A DNA stretch of 64,000 nucleotides from NCBI RefSeq assembly GCF_006345805.1, contig NW_021836291.1:124001-188000 (forward strand), written 5' to 3'. Below are positions 1 through 14,449 of the stretch, in pieces. The first letter of the stretch is position 1. Each line of letters begins with the position of its first letter. The notes beneath the pieces are model-generated. The model saw only the letters and a program-made list of their open reading frames with translations, did not search any database and had not been told where the DNA came from. The translations under genes and the position numbers were made by a program. Origin of the DNA: Octopus sinensis (lineage: Eukaryota).

Positions 1-53
1 TCTGATCATTAGCAGTTTTAAACCTAAACTACCTTAGTCTATTCATTAATTAT

Positions 54-200
54 TTGTCATATTTAAAAAAATCAAGTATTCGGTCGACGGATATCAAGGA
101 CAAAACACGATTCAAGAGAGTCATCTTGGAACGTCTGTCGATCGCTGTGATCCGGGGAATGACTTTACTATTCGCAAGGCTGGCCGAACGTCTCGTGAGG
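54..200 (+). mobile_element. 3' tail of RLE-type (CRE-like) non-LTR retrotransposon, decayed
   Basis: Translates ILERLSIAVIRGM, matching the (L)QRxSIAxxRGN C-terminus of the copies at 9160-9789, 28455 and 54303. Confidence 0.55.
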
Positions 201-345
201 GCTAACTATTTTATATATAATTCTCTCGATTTTTATTTTCGATTAGATAGAAGATTCATATTCAGAAAATATATTGGTCTATTCTTTTCTTTATTTAAAA
301 ATTTTTGAACATCCATACCTTTACAATAAAAACTATCACATAAGG

Positions 346-900
346 CAGGGGTGACCAACCTTTTTGACCGGCGAGCCACTTTTCATATTGCGATTTTTTA
401 GCGATCGACTTATATATTTTAATAACAAAATTTTTATTTTTATAATTAAAAGTTAATGGGATTTTTGGCATTGTAATTCTCTTGCGATTATTCCGAATTC
501 TGGCTCATATGAGCTTAGTGCTATTCTTATGCAATCCGCAAGATGGTTATCGGTTAAACGGGTCCTGTATTGAGATTTGATCATTTTCATGCATGAAAAT
601 GATGTTTCTCATAAATATGTGCTTTAAAAGCATGAAAGAATTCTCTGATACGAATCAATCAATATTGGATATTTTTCTGGAGAAATAAATCTCCACATGT
701 CGACATTAAAATATGATTTTAAGGTGAGATCATTTTTTTAGATTTATAATTTCTATTTTAATATGTCTTGGTTCAACGTCAAAAATCTTTTTAAATTCTT
801 GATGTCTTTCTCCATGAGCGGGAAAACTAAGAAACTGCATAATATTGTAATTTTCTTGAAATCGCTAAATCGGTGTTTAAACTCATTCATTATATTTTCT
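346..900 (-). mobile_element. hAT (Buster/SPIN-like) 3' end: TIR plus decayed transposase C-terminus
   Basis: CAGGGGTGACCAACC TIR at 346; minus strand reads TYL*ETSFSCMKMIKSQYRTRLTDNHL...QKSH*. Confidence 0.75.
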
Positions 901-959
901 AGTACCATTGCAAATTCATCAAGAAAAAAAGTTTATCGTACACCTTTTGATGTTGATCC

Positions 960-1400
960 ACGTTTAGTAGGTGGTTTTATTGATATGATCAATAATTCGA
1001 TTAATAAAGATTTGTATGATAATCTTCCTTTGTCAAGATTTTGGTGCGAAATGTGTTATTTTTATCCTTCCGTAAGCACAAATGCATTAAATTTGTTGCT
1101 TATTTTTCCGACAACCTATTTATGCGAACATTGCTTTGTGAATATTGAAGATGACATCAGAGTATGTTTGTCAATAATTGGGCATAAAAAGATCACTTTA
1201 TTTAATTCAACATTATCTAACAACCCATTTGACGAACTGCTAGATTTTATAGTGACCTATTTTCTCCAACTCGCTATGGTTATAGGGGATATACGTGCTT
1301 CTCCTCTCATTTTCTTTAGAGGTGACTGGAATGCAAAAGTGGGAACACGTCATAAGGATGAAAATTTTATCGGAGCTTCTATCAGAGGAACAAAATATAG
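960..1400 (+). mobile_element. hAT dimerisation-domain remnant abutting a LINE AP-endonuclease remnant
   Basis: LSRFW..YPSVSTNALNLLLIFPTTYLCE (hAT), followed by GDWNAKVG (APE motif). Confidence 0.6.
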
Positions 1401-3055
1401 ATTTAAAAAGAAGTTTTTCGGATAAATTTTAAGCAATAAATTTTTATAAAAACATAAATTACACAGAATCATATAATATTTGACTCTTTCAGTTTAAAAA
1501 TTTCGGTCTTTGGCCAAAATTTTATGAAGAACTGAAAACGAGCGCTCCACTGAACATGCAGTGGCCTGACACCGGAGTAGTTGAAACTTTTCCGAAGGCA
1601 AAAAAATTGCGTAAATCTGTGTTTTTGAACAAATCATTATTTATGGCATTTAACACAAATATCGCATAAATTACAGTATAATGGTCCACTCGGACAATTG
1701 AAAATTCAGTGGGAAATTCTTGGCGACTGATTTTTTCGACTTAACATCACAACAATGTAAAAATAGTTAGCGTTGCTTAAAATTTGATATTTATATTTTT
1801 TTAATTTTTAGCCAAGAATTAAAAATGACACAAAAATGGACAAAGTTGACCTAAAATGAAAAATTGACAAGGGTGATCTAAAAAATAAAAAAATAAGTTT
1901 TTTTTTAAAATAAAAATTGTATTTTTAATATTTATATGAAACCTAATAATAAACCTGAATTCGCAAGCATTAGCTTTACAAAAATACTGTGGGAAATAGT
2001 ATTTCGGATCTATCCACTGATTTTCATTATCAACTTAAATCGAAAGTCACTTTATTCTTTACCTTCTCTATTGCTATTGACGAAAGCATTGATATTATAC
2101 AAATAGTTTTGCCGGAATATCTAAAGTTAACAACTTTAGCTGCATAGATTTTATCAATTTTTGGAAGTACATATCTATGTACAACTTTCTTTTTAATGAA
2201 AATAAACAAAACAATATTTCGATCAAGGCTCACCCACACTCATAAAGTAAAATTATAAGATTGTCGGTAACTTAGAATTTCACGCCAGATATTGATGCTG
2301 TTATGATAAAAAAAAGATGTCAAGTTTCTGGAACATTTTAATTATAAATATTAATAAATGTGTTGTTAAATGTATTCAAATAATAAAAAATTCAAAATAT
2401 TATAAAAATCATAGTATGAAACAAATATCTTGTTAAATCAAAAAATTAAAAATTAACAGTCTGGCTTGAGGAATTCAAAATTTTGTTTAATTTGACCCAC
2501 ACAAAATAATGAGTTTGACTTTTTATCAATCTTCACTAAACGGAGAATTTTTGTCAAGATAGTAATATGTTTATGATATATATGTAGCCTGGCGGATTGC
2601 CAAACTGTTTCACTAAACTAATTACAGAAATTAGTATAGTGGGAATAACTCCATTAAACTAATCCCATATAGAGATATTGTGTAGACTAAGATTTTATTT
2701 ATTAAAATATACTATGAGAAAATCTTCCTGTGAATCTGTCGTTCAGCGCCGCTTGCTTTGTTGCATCGTGGAGTAATTGAATCGTCACACTTTGCGTTAT
2801 TAATACTCCGGGGTAACTGTTAGCCATTTTACAGGACAAGCCACTTTTGTGAGGAGTTCTGGTAGTGTTTATAGAATCTGAATGTTATTCCATCCCACAT
2901 GGCCTCAATATATCTACTCTAACATTAATATACATAAAATTTTATCTTTCATAATTATTTAATGAAATTTAATTTTTGAATTGAAAATATTTTAATTTAC
3001 TTAATATTAGTTATTAAAAATTAATAAATATAATATTCACGTGCTTATAGCATAA

Positions 3056-3452
3056 ATGGTTTGCTGTTACATATAGTTAATTATCTTAAATATTAGCATA
3101 ATTAAATATTTGTAGACCAAAGGGACACACAGTTTCGGTAAAAGACACGTAAAGTCACATTCCTTGTGTCGAAGATGTGGCAATCGAGCATTCCACAACC
3201 AGAAGAAGCGTTGTGCCAGCTGTGCCTATCCCAGCCCTAAACTACGAGGATGTACTATTTCTATGTTATCTCAGATAATTGGTGCCTCAAGGCCAAGAAA
3301 CGACGTGCTCCAGGGACAGGGAGAATGAAACATCTCCGAAATGTTCAGAGGAGATTTCGGTTTGTTGTTTGTGCGGTTTTTATTGAAGGAATGGATTCAG
3401 AGAGGGCACTAAACCTCAGGCCAAGGGTAGTCTCTCCACAGTAAATTCATAA
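3056..3452 (+). CDS. RPL37: 60S ribosomal protein L37 (eL37), 3 introns
   Basis: Removing introns 3059-3115, 3252-3274 and 3360-3388 gives [40 protein letters not shown]...[12 protein letters not shown]. Confidence 0.97.
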
Positions 3453-3639
3453 TTCGTTCGTTTTCCTTATTTATGGCTATTTCCTATCTTTACTTGTATA
3501 AATAATACAGTCAAACCTCTTTTGCTTGCCACAGTTTTTTAAAAAATTGAAATTTTTTAGGATATTTATATTAATCGCCAAATTCTAAATCTCGAATATT
3601 TTTACGCATTTTCGCGATGTCGTGGATTATGAAAAAGAT

Positions 3640-4900
3640 TCTTGAATACCATTTGGAGGCTAGAGTGCGCCGAAGTTGGTCTCTATGGAAAGAATTTAGA
3701 TTCAAATTGTCCGTATCAGAAAGCCCTTATGTTCCGGCATTATAAAGGAGGATAGATTTCACAAGTGAATTGAATAAGCGTATCCCTGTTTGTGTACTGA
3801 GACCTCTGCCCTTTAGCCAATTTTCCTTTAGGCTGCGTAGTGCGCTGTTTGCATGTGTTTTACGGATTATCACGTCTTATTCGTCTTCCATTAGAGATCC
3901 AAGTATTTTAACTATTCTTTAGTGTTTATCTAGCTTAGACTTTTGTCTGACAAATTCAGTAAATTCTGTTTTCTCCACATTGAGGAACCACTCACCAAGT
4001 TTATTTGGCGTCACCTTCAATAGGCATTTTAGAGCCTTCCAGTCAGTGGAAATAACATCCACATCATCAGCGTATGCCACCACATTGATTTTTTCCTTTA
4101 TAGTATGGTTTTGGTTTTCTCAATGCAGCTTCCAGATATATGAAAAACAGCATAGGAGATAAAGGATCCCCTGATGTTGTTTCAAATGGTTGAGAGTACT
4201 TTTCTCGTACTCTAACCGATAGATAGGTTTCTAATAAGAGTGCCTTTATCATCAGAGTAGAGGATTAGTCAAGGAATTCTGTAAAGACATTCTGACGATT
4301 GATCGATCAAAAGCTCATCGATTCCGAGAATGTTGTTACATTTTTGAACCTTTGAATTGTCGAACATCGCCATCTATGACTCCAAACAATTTCAGAAGTC
4401 GATCTTCCTGCACGAAAATTTGCATGTAAAAGCGGATATAAATAGTTCCGCTTTATTCTTTGTAGAGTAATAATTTCCAGTACATTTCATATGCTGTTCG
4501 CTTCTTTAGTTTTCCTTTAGCTTTGTAAGGTTTTTGGACAGGGATCAATATCTCTGGTCTCAGGGGCAAATGGTCGTTTTTTGAACATTTCGTTGACACG
4601 ATCAGCGATGAGTACATGTAGGTTTTCACTTCCATATTTAAGTAATTCTGGTTCTAGCCCATTTGGTGTTTGACTTTTATTGTTTTTGAGCATAGCATAT
4701 GCTCTTTGAATTTTTTCAGGAGTTATTTCCAACTCCAATTTTCTGGGTTGGCCAGTAAATGCTGCAATTGTAATACTTTCTGATTTAAACAATTTCTTGA
4801 ATGGATGGCAATTAATTCTGCAGCTTCTGCAGTATCTCGACAGTATTTTTCATTATTTAAAAAATTTTTTCCGTTACAACCTGTGCAACTGTACTAGACT
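3640..4900 (-). mobile_element. Decayed RTE-type LINE (RT fragments)
   Basis: NGLEPELLKYG, GDPLSPMLFFIYLE and YADD fragments with stops and frameshifts. Confidence 0.75.
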
Positions 4901-5806
4901 GACATTTAATAAAAAAAGACGCTTAATAGTTTACATCAATGATAAAAAACATGTAGAAATGGAACGTGTGGCCGCTTTTTTCAATTCCAAGTAAAAAATT
5001 TCACTGAGATCAACCAATGATCTCAGGATTAAAAAACAAATATAATTGATACTGATTCTTTTTTCATGCAATAAACGTCTATTCAATCTAACATATTCAT
5101 CTATACATACATAGGTCATGACATTGTTGGAATTGATCTTGTCGATTCACATAAGAAGCTAAATTTAAAATGAGGGCCTTCTGTTTACGTATTTTGGATG
5201 GAAAAATGTTCTTCAACGAACATTTGCGAATTGTTGTAAGCATGCCGCATTAATTAAATGTAAAAATCAAACGCAAAAACAGATATAAGGATTGAGAATT
5301 ACGATAAAATAATCATGGAACTTAAAATTGTAGATCCGATAGAAAAATATAAATTTATAGTTTACTTTTATGGATGATTATCTTCATTAATTTTTATAAA
5401 CAGTTAAAGAATTTCCTATCTTGTTTAAAAAGAATTTTTCAGGTCTAACATTAAGGTCCGTCTTCTATTTAGCTGTTCTGGCAATGTCCCTGAAGTCATT
5501 TCTCATGTTTCTGAATTTTTAATCAAAAAAAAGTAAAAAATATTTGCAAGGAAAAGAGAATTTGGTAGCAGATAGTCCTTTATATAGATTAGTTTTATAA
5601 AATTTTCGAATCTAATAAAAAAATCAAGATAAGTTCACCTAGTTTGAATAAAATGGAGGTGGAGCATTCATTTTGTGTTTCTTTTACTTTTGTAATGTCC
5701 ATGTATTGCTCTTTGATGTAAAAAATTGAATTAATTAATAATGTTTTTGTTGAAGTGAATATATTTTAAATTTTATTAATAAATTATAATTGATAACCAC
5801 AGTTTT

Positions 5807-6564
5807 ATGTTGCGATCCAAAACAACAAAATTCATTATAATGGGACCGCCGGGATCTGGGAAGGGGACAATCTCAGAAAGAATCCTTAAAGACTTTAAAA
5901 TGAACTATCTAGCCACCGGAAATATGCTCAGAAATGAAATGTCACAAAAAACAGGTAAATTCCCACAAAAATGATCCAAACCCAAGATCTCGGCCTGGAG
6001 GCAAAAAAATACATCGACTTTGGAAAACTCGTGCCTGACCAAATAATCACAGGAGTCGTACTCAACAAATTGGCGGGAATGAAAAATGAAAATTGGCTTT
6101 TAGACGGTCAGTTTTTGTACATAAAAACAGGATTTCCCCGAACTATTCAGCAGGCAAATGCCATTTTAGAAAACGAGGAAATTAATGCAGTTTTAAACTT
6201 GGATATTCCCTTCCAAGTCATTGTGGACAGAATTCGAGGCCGGTGGACTCACGTAGCCAGTGGGAGGGTTTACCACACTGAATTCAACCCTCCCAAAGTC
6301 CCCGGAAAGGACGACGAGAGTGGAGACGAACTGATTCAGCGGGAGGACGACAAGGAGGCGACTGTGCGTGCCAGACTGGACTATTATAACACTATGACTA
6401 AACCACTGCTTGAATATTTCAAGTTTATTTATTTATATTTAATTTTTAGAGGGAAAAATCTGCTGGTGGAGTTTAGAGGGAAATATTCGAATGAGATTTG
6501 GCCGCACGTGCATGCATATATTGCCCAGAACACGTCACCACTCTCATTCACTACTTATAACTAA
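5807..6564 (+). CDS. AK3: Adenylate kinase, mitochondrial AK3/AK4 type, 3 introns
   Basis: GPPGSGKGT P-loop, LLDG|FPRT, GRWTHVASGRVYH, QREDD; introns of 32, 24 and 27 nt. Confidence 0.9.
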
Positions 6565-7015
6565 TTTTGTGTTTCTTTTTCAATAAAAATAATAAAATAG
6601 AGAAATCCAAATAAGTCCATAGTTAATTAGATATTATGTAATGTACTAAGTAAAGTGAATGGCTTTACTTAGAGTGATAATATTACGCCAGTTTTGAACA
6701 CGCTATAAAAATAGACATGCCTTCGATAGGCGTACACAAAGATAGACACGTGATATAGTTTAAACTTTTATTTTATTAGATATTTTTTATTACAAATAAT
6801 ATTAAATTTTTAACAATAAAGTTAATCATTAAAATAGTATCAAGAATTTAAACATTTAAAATATTTAAGATACAAAAGTTTTGTTGAGTACCGTGGTAGT
6901 GATTAAATTAGAAATAAAATTTATATTTATTTTAAAGATACTCATAAATAAATTATTTAATAAAAAAATTTTTTATAATAATAAAAATATTTAAAAACGT
7001 TACTTATTTCTGTTC

Positions 7016-8029
7016 ATGTGTGCACTCTTGGGATACATTTCACGCCCAATAACTGAGAAGGATTGCCTCGATAGCACAATTTCTAAATTAGGTGGAAAAC
7101 CAGTGAATTCCTCATCACTGAGCCTCATAAATTGCAAGACTTGTGTGCATCCTCTCTCTTTGATATCACAACTGTACTGTCCTCTTTCAATCTCTGCCGA
7201 CGATCGGACAATATATATATTTTGCTGTTCAAATCGACAGTGTACTGCCAGTGACAACCAAAAATTCAGGGTTGTTCGTACTCACTGTACTCCTAATAAA
7301 CAACCGGGTCTTCAAAAAATGGAAAACTCTCAAAAAGAGCAGATTTCTTGGTTCGATCAGACAGAAGATGATTGGGTTGTTGATAAACTTGAGAAATGTA
7401 CACTTAACGTGAATGAAGGTTATTTTAATTTAAAAATATTTTTTTAAGTTAATCTAATTTATTTTTAATAATAAATTATTTAGAAGTTAAAAATGTAAAA
7501 CATGATTTTCAAATTAAACAAGTTTCTACAAATTGTTCAAAATCTTATTTTCTGGACATCCGTTCTGACAAAAAACACGACTTTCCAACAAAACCGTTTT
7601 TTATGAACCCGAGATCAAGGCCCTACACCGAAAACACCACTTTGGACGAACAGTATGAACCCACAGCACCGAATCACGGAAACCCATATTTTTATCGCTT
7701 CGAAAAATATCTCCGAAATAGACCGGGAGTCTGCATTCGGTACTAAAACGATTTTATTTATTTTTTAAGATATGAGTGGCAGGGAAAGCCGATTTGGGCT
7801 ACGGGGGACCGGAGTTTGGTTAAGAAATGTGAGTATTGTGGGGAAGAACGAGTTTTTGAATTGCAACTATTTTCGACTGTGATTTCACTTGTTGGTAATT
7901 TTTGTGATTTATTGATCGGATTTTTATATTCCCGAGTTTTTGACGGTGGCTGTTTACAGTTGTGGTAAAAGTTGTTGGGGTGGAGATGGTCACAGGGAGG
8001 AATATATTTATTCGCAACATGAAATTTAA
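7016..8029 (+). CDS. PDCD2L: PDCD2-like (uS5 chaperone family) protein
   Basis: SKLGGKP, QLYCPL..RTIYIFCC, C-terminal RYEWQGKPIW..CEYCGEERVFELQL..TVAVYSCGKSCW. Confidence 0.8.
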
Positions 8030-8430
8030 TGAATTTTATTGAATTTTTAATGTTTTTTTACTATTTTCGAAGTCATAAAATTAAGTTTCAGACATTAAAA
8101 ATCGAATTGGGCTATTAGTTAGTTAGTTATGTTACCCCGGCTTCACTAACACGTAGGAAATGGGCTATTCAATTTTTCCTGCTTTTATTCATTAAAAAAC
8201 AAATAAATTCATACTTTAAGATTCTTTAGATTTTCTAAAAGAATATTTATTTTGTATTTAGAATAAAAAAAAATTTTAAGCTAATGAAAGTCGTTGTTTT
8301 TTTCCAAATTTCGATTGTTTATTTTCTAACCAGTTGATTAAAAAACGTTTGACTCGGTAGATCACTATTTCCTTTTTTATTTTTAAGCTTTTTTTGAAAC
8401 AAAAAACTTGATAATCAAAGAATCTGTTAT

Positions 8431-8845
8431 TTAGTATTTAATTAGTAGCAGAGGATAAGATGGAATGGCAATTCCCACGCAAGATGGCTTTTGATATGCG
8501 TTGGAAAAGCCATGTCCGTTCCCGATGATCATTTCTCCTTCTCTTTGCCAAATCCCCCAGTTTAATAAGGAATTTTTTAGTTCTGGGACCGAGGACTCCC
8601 GTTGACTGATTTTTAGCGTTTTGTCCAGGTTAGCTGCGGAGCCCGGCTCTGCGGCTGACGTAAAGATGTTTCCGGCAAAGAAGGTATCCGTGCAAGTTGC
8701 GTCCCAGATGAGCGACTTGCCATTTTCGAAGGGGAAAGTCGTTAGGCCGTCAGGACGTTTACCATCCTTCCGAAACAGGCCGACCGGTTCCAACTGTGTT
8801 GGGAATCCGGCAGTTTCGAGGGTCCGCTGTACAAAGTTGTTCATG
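8431..8845 (-). mobile_element. 5'-truncated RLE-type (CRE-like) non-LTR element
   Basis: LEPVGLFRKDGKRPDGLTTFPFENGKSLIWDATCTDT, a PD-(D/E)XK endonuclease region. Confidence 0.8.
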
Positions 8846-9159
8846 AATTCAGTCAAATTTTAATAAATAAAACCATTATTAATATTATTTTGTAGGTTAT
8901 CAATGAATGTAGAGACGGTTATTATGATTATTTCAGTTCCAGATAGTTTCAGAGGCGACGTGAAGAATTGGGGTGTTATGTTACTTTTTAAAAATGAATC
9001 TATCTAAATATTGTTTCTTTTTTGGCTGTCGTTTTCGTTGAACTGGGAAGATTTTATCTTCAAATTCATTCTAAAATGGTAAAATTACAAATTTGATTTT
9101 TTGTCATTTTTTTGTAATTTATAGACTCAATTTTTTTTTTTTTAAATAACGAGTACAAA

Positions 9160-9789
9160 AGCAGTTCATTCGGTACGCTTATGGACGACGATTGTGTGAG
9201 AATCGGTGTTGCACAACGCTTGGGTCTTGACGTCTGTCAGGAACACAGATGCCGGTGTGGAGGAATAGTCGATTCCAAAGGACTACACCTTTGTCTTGCA
9301 AGAGGAGTGCAGGTCGCGCTCCCCGCCATGCCGCACTCAACGACATAATACGACGGGCCCTCGAGAGCGCAGGATTTCCAGCACACCTGGAACCCGTCGG
9401 GCTGGACCGGGGAGATGGCAGAAGGCCCGATGGGATAACTCTTTTCCCGTACTCCCAGGGAAAATCACTCGCATGGGATGCGACGTGCGTAGACACGTTC
9501 TCCCAGTCCACGATTCTTCGGAATATTCATTCGCCCGTTGGCTGCTAATGCAGCAGAAAAGGCGAAGATATCTAAGTATTTGGAGATCGGAAAACTTTTC
9601 CGTTTTGTCCCAATCTCGATAGAGACGTCTGGTGTAGTGGGATCCAAAACCGCGGAATTTCTCAAGGAAATTGGGGCGATGCTGGCTAAACGAAGGAGGG
9701 ACAGTCGCGAGGGATATTGGCTTCGCCAACGTATCGGAATTGCAGTTCTTCGTGGCAACACGCACGCGATACTGGCTGCCGGAGCGTGA
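9160..9789 (+). mobile_element. 5'-truncated RLE-type (CRE-like) non-LTR element
   Basis: HRCRCG..H.LSC zinc knuckle, [31 protein letters not shown]; frameshifted. Confidence 0.85.
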
Positions 9790-10115
9790 CGATTTATAAT
9801 ACTTTTCAGTGACATTTTGTACTTTAGACTCAATTAAAAGCAAAATATTTAATTATTTTCTTATTATTTTTGGAATTAGGGGTTTGATGAGAGTATAGGT
9901 ATTTTTTTGAAATGTGATTTGGCCGGAATATTAATAAAATGTATTTGGGTTGCATTCTATCAAGATTTCATACCATAAATAGACAGAAAAAATTGCCGCA
10001 AAATTTTTTTGATTCCATCTTTCCAAAAACACCTAAAACTAATTTATTGTAATGAAAGTTAAATTAATTATTGAAATTATTTTAAATAAATTTTATTCAA
10101 TCATCACACCACTTT

Positions 10116-12564
10116 ATGCATAAATTAAAACATTTCGGCTTAGGTGAATTATTAACTATGTTGGGAGAATATAAATCAGTAAACTTTCAAGAAAATTTAA
10201 ACCTCTAGAGGTCATGTTCAAACGAATTCGCGAAAAGGACATTACCGATGATGAGATTTGATTATTTATATAAGAAAAACAACAAAGAAATGTCATCCCG
10301 CTCTGTTGAGGAAATTTCTGTCCTTTTTCCTGACGGGTCTAAGCACAAGGCGCAGTCCTGGAAGTCGACTCCTGAAGATTTAATCTGCTTTTCCAAGTGA
10401 TGCTCACATCCAATATTCCCAGATCAAATAACGAATTTGTGGCTGCTCGAGTCGACGGAAATCTTTGGGATCTGACCCGACCTCTCGAAAAGTCGTGTTC
10501 CTTAGATTTTGTCTCATGTTCCGAACCCGAAGGCCTTAATGTCTACTGGAACTCCGCAGGAATGATCCTCGGCTGTGCCATCGACAAGACTTTTCAAGAT
10601 GCAGTCTTTTGCGGAGTAGGTTTAGGAAGCCAAAAATTACACGTAGATATATATCTTCACAAGTATAAAATACAAATATTAATATTTAGAGATAAATTTA
10701 CTCATAAAAAAGCCTCTTCGTTGTTGTCTATTTCTGAGGACATTATTCAGAAGGGACTCCCAATTAACAGACTTGTCTGCTCTGTTGAGGAAGCGAAAAG
10801 CATTTTTAAAGTAAATTAATTTTTTTTATATTTTAGGACAACAAATTCTTACTCGGGCAACTTTTAGCCAAAAAAGACGAAGAAATTATCTCCGTTTATC
10901 GGTTTTATATTAAAAGCGGACTTTCAGTTGTGGTGGGGTTATTGGGATGAGTGAGATACCACACGTGCCTTTTACTTCCATGATTAAACACATCTCAGTT
11001 CTGCAGGTAAGGGAGGTGGTGATATTCTCAGACTTTATCCGTCGACTGGAAAGGACACAAAGACCTTCAACGTGTTTATGCTATTGCATTTCCCACCGTC
11101 GAAATGATTAAACAACAAAAACGGATTAATCAGGATCTTTCCAGGGATCACCGAACGATTGGATCAGTTTTCTCTTCTAATCAATTTGCAGGAACAAGGA
11201 TTATTTTTCTTCCACAATACAAGTCCTGGAAGTTGTTTTTTCTCCCCGAAAGGCTCAATCGTCTACTCAAGACTCGAAGAGTTCATAAAAGTAATATTTA
11301 TAAACTATACTTAGAATTTGTGGTGGGATCACGGATATGAGTTGGTACAGACCCCAACTATATTCAAAAATGATATTTGGGTCACTTCTGGACATTGGGA
11401 GCACTACCAGGTCACTTTTCACGAATATTTCAGGAGAATATGTTTAAGATTCTAATGGATCACCAAACATATGTATTGAAGCCCATGAATTGTCCCGGGC
11501 ACTGGTAATTGTGTTTGCACTTATTGGAGTATGATTTATAAAACCCAGCCACGGTCTTATCGAGAGTTGCCGATCAGATTGGCCGAGTTTGGAGTTGTCC
11601 ATAGAAATGAGTACTCGGGGGCACTCACAGGACTCACTCGAGTTCGAAGATTCCAGCAAGACGATGCTCATATATTTTGTCGGGTAGATCAGGTGAGGAT
11701 AATTCTCTATAAATAAGATTGGCACTGAGATTCGAGACAGTCTCAAATTCGCAGAATCGGTTTATTCCAAATTGGGTTTTTCTGTGAAATATGTTCTTTC
11801 GACTCGACCGACTAATTTTATGGGCTGTCAAGAAACGTGGACTATCGCCGAGAAAGTTGTGTTTATTTTTATTTTCTAGCAATTAAGCGATGCCTTGGTG
11901 GATTTTGGATGTTCATTCTCCACAAGTCCTGGCGAGGGGGCATTTTACGGGCCAAAAATCGACATGATAATTTGTGATGTGCTTGAGAGACCTCACCAAT
12001 GTGGGACAATACAGTTGGACTTTCATTTGCCTCAAAGGTTTGATCTCTTCTATGTCAAGTCGGTCAATTTTTGATATTCGCGTAGTAGCAATCAGGAAAA
12101 GGAGACGCCTGTAATGATCCATCGAGCTATTTTGGGTTCATTTGAGCGGATTATTGCAATTCTATGTGAAACCTATGGCGGGAAATGGTTGATTGTGTTG
12201 TTATGTCAGATTAGGCCATTTTGGTTATCTCCGTTTCAATGCATGGTGATTTCCGTGAAGGAGTCCTCTATGGAGTATGCACGTGAGATATTCAAACGTC
12301 TACGGAGCGAGGGATATGCATGTGATATTGATGTTAATCCAGAAACGACTCTTAATAAAAAAATCGCCGTATCTAGACAAAAATATAACTTTTTGGCAAG
12401 TTGGAATTATTTGGTCTATTCCAGTTGTCGGTGATTCAGAAAAGTTGGATGAAACGGTTGATCTCAGAATTCGCGACTTTGAAGCTGAGTCGCTAAAAAG
12501 AATCAAACTATCCGTCGAAGGGTTGCTGTCAAATTTCTCGAATCTAAAAAACTTGTATAAATAG
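10116..12564 (+). CDS. TARS: Threonyl-tRNA synthetase (possibly mitochondrial form), ~15 tiny introns
   Basis: TGS domain ([14 protein letters not shown]), [48 protein letters not shown]; start codon is approximate. Confidence 0.92.
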
Positions 12565-12799
12565 ACTAATTTGTTTTTTTTGAATCAATTAAATGGCTTG
12601 ATATGTATTTTTTGTCAATTCTTATGTCCTGGGAGGGTCTTTAGATTTAAGAAAAATCGTCAGCAATTCATTTTAATATAATACCTCCAAAAAACGGAAA
12701 TGCTGAAAATGACTAAAAAATTCTCTTGTATATTGAATATATAAATCATCATTTGTTCGCTTTTTGTACAAATGAATGTTTTCAAATAGACATAATAGA

Positions 12800-13200
12800 T
12801 CTGAAAAGATTTCAACATTAAACGGGAATTTCAAATGGATTTTAACGGTCATTGACATTTATAATGGCTGGTTTTTTTAATTTTTATAAATTTTGATATG
12901 CACGACTACTCTATAATAAGTCGGGTAAAGAAGTGTGTCAAAACTTAAGATCTTTGTTTCGCTTAAATGAGCCATGTAAATTTTTTTCAATCAGACAATG
13001 GGTTTAAATTCAAAAATCAAAAAATAACACAACTATGCATTGATTTAACATCAAACAAATTACTGAAGGCCCAATAATTTTCGGGCTTAAGGAACTGTCG
13101 AAAGATTTAATCAAATGATAATCATAAAGTTGTCAAAAATGATGGACAACAGTGAAAGTAAGTTAATAAGTTAGAAAATGCTTTCATTTTTAAACAAAAG
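12800..13200 (+). mobile_element. Decayed rve integrase (Ginger/LTR-like)
   Basis: KWILTVID, QSDNG.KF and GTVERFNQ fragments. Confidence 0.5.
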
Positions 13201-13280
13201 TCCTTTCAAAAGATACCGAGTAATAAAGGGAATAAATTCAACAATTTATAGTTACACATATATCACATTATGTCTTAGAT

Positions 13281-14160
13281 CAGGGGTGCGCAAGCTTTTG
13301 GGGTTTGCGGCCGCATAGCATTTTTTTCCTTCTCTTCCACGGCCGCACATTTTCTGCATTATTTTTTCGATATTAATATAGTAATTTTTTTTAATTATTA
13401 AAAGTGACCGCATAAGTTGCCCATTGTCATCGAGACCAAATGAGTTCCTGGACAGGAAATGCTCTTGTTCATCAGGGACATCATATTATTAAATTAAATA
13501 ATTATTTCACGGACAAAAGATAAGAAAGAAGGAAAATTAATTAAAAGAAATGTATTATACAAGTTATTCTAATGACGGCCAGGATCTTTGGTATTTTTTG
13601 CGAGCTTATTGAAATCCACTGGTAGGGTAGATATCATTATGTGCAAACATGACTCTAAGTTTGCATCCGTTATCCGAGATCTATATTGACTTTTTAAATA
13701 TTTCATTTTGGAAAATGTAGACTCACATAAATATGTGCTTCCGAATAAAACGAGAATATTTCTTGCCATTTCACGTAAATTTGGATAATCTGTCGCTGAT
13801 TTCCATACATTCAACAAATCTTCGCTTTCATTAAATTTATTTATCAAAATTAAATCATTTTTTAATTTCAATAATTCAATTTGAAATTCCAATGGCGCAT
13901 TCTCAATCGAAACAGTATGTGGTGCTGCAGTTAATTGAAGTTTGAGTTCAATTTTTTTAAATTCGTTAAATCGCTCTTCAAATTGTTTCAAAATATAATC
14001 GAATATAGTATTAAATGTATTTGGTGTAAGATCGTCATAATTAATTATTTTGTAATCAATGAGATTTTTGACTTTTTGAAAATGAAATAATTCATTTTTT
14101 TCTATGTGAATATTCCTCTTAGACATGTCATGTCCAATTTGAATTCCAAACAACATTGTT
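13281..14160 (-). mobile_element. hAT (Buster-like) 3' half
   Basis: CAGGGGTGCGCAAGC TIR at 13281; ORF 13569-14156 has LFGSTYLCESTFSKMKYLKSQYRSRITD. Confidence 0.85.
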
Positions 14161-14449
14161 TTACTATTTCAAATATATTTTGACCCCGTACATTTCCAGG
14201 TAGTGACTTCATGGATAGAAAATCCTCATGTATTTCAAAATCGAAGGATAGAGTACGAATAAATATGATCAGCTGAGCAGAATCACATATATCATTCGAC
14301 TCATCAATGGCAAGTGAAAATAACGTGTCCTATGTCCTAAGTTGATATTAAATTTTCTTTTTTCTTCATTCAAAGAACGTCGTCTTGACGAAAATTTTAT
14401 TAACGAAAACGATTTTTTTGAAATGACCAAATGCACGTAGAAATAACGT

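Noticed and set aside
763-1425. 220-aa ORF as a real gene
   Set aside because: Chance fusion of antisense hAT, sense hAT and LINE endonuclease fragments
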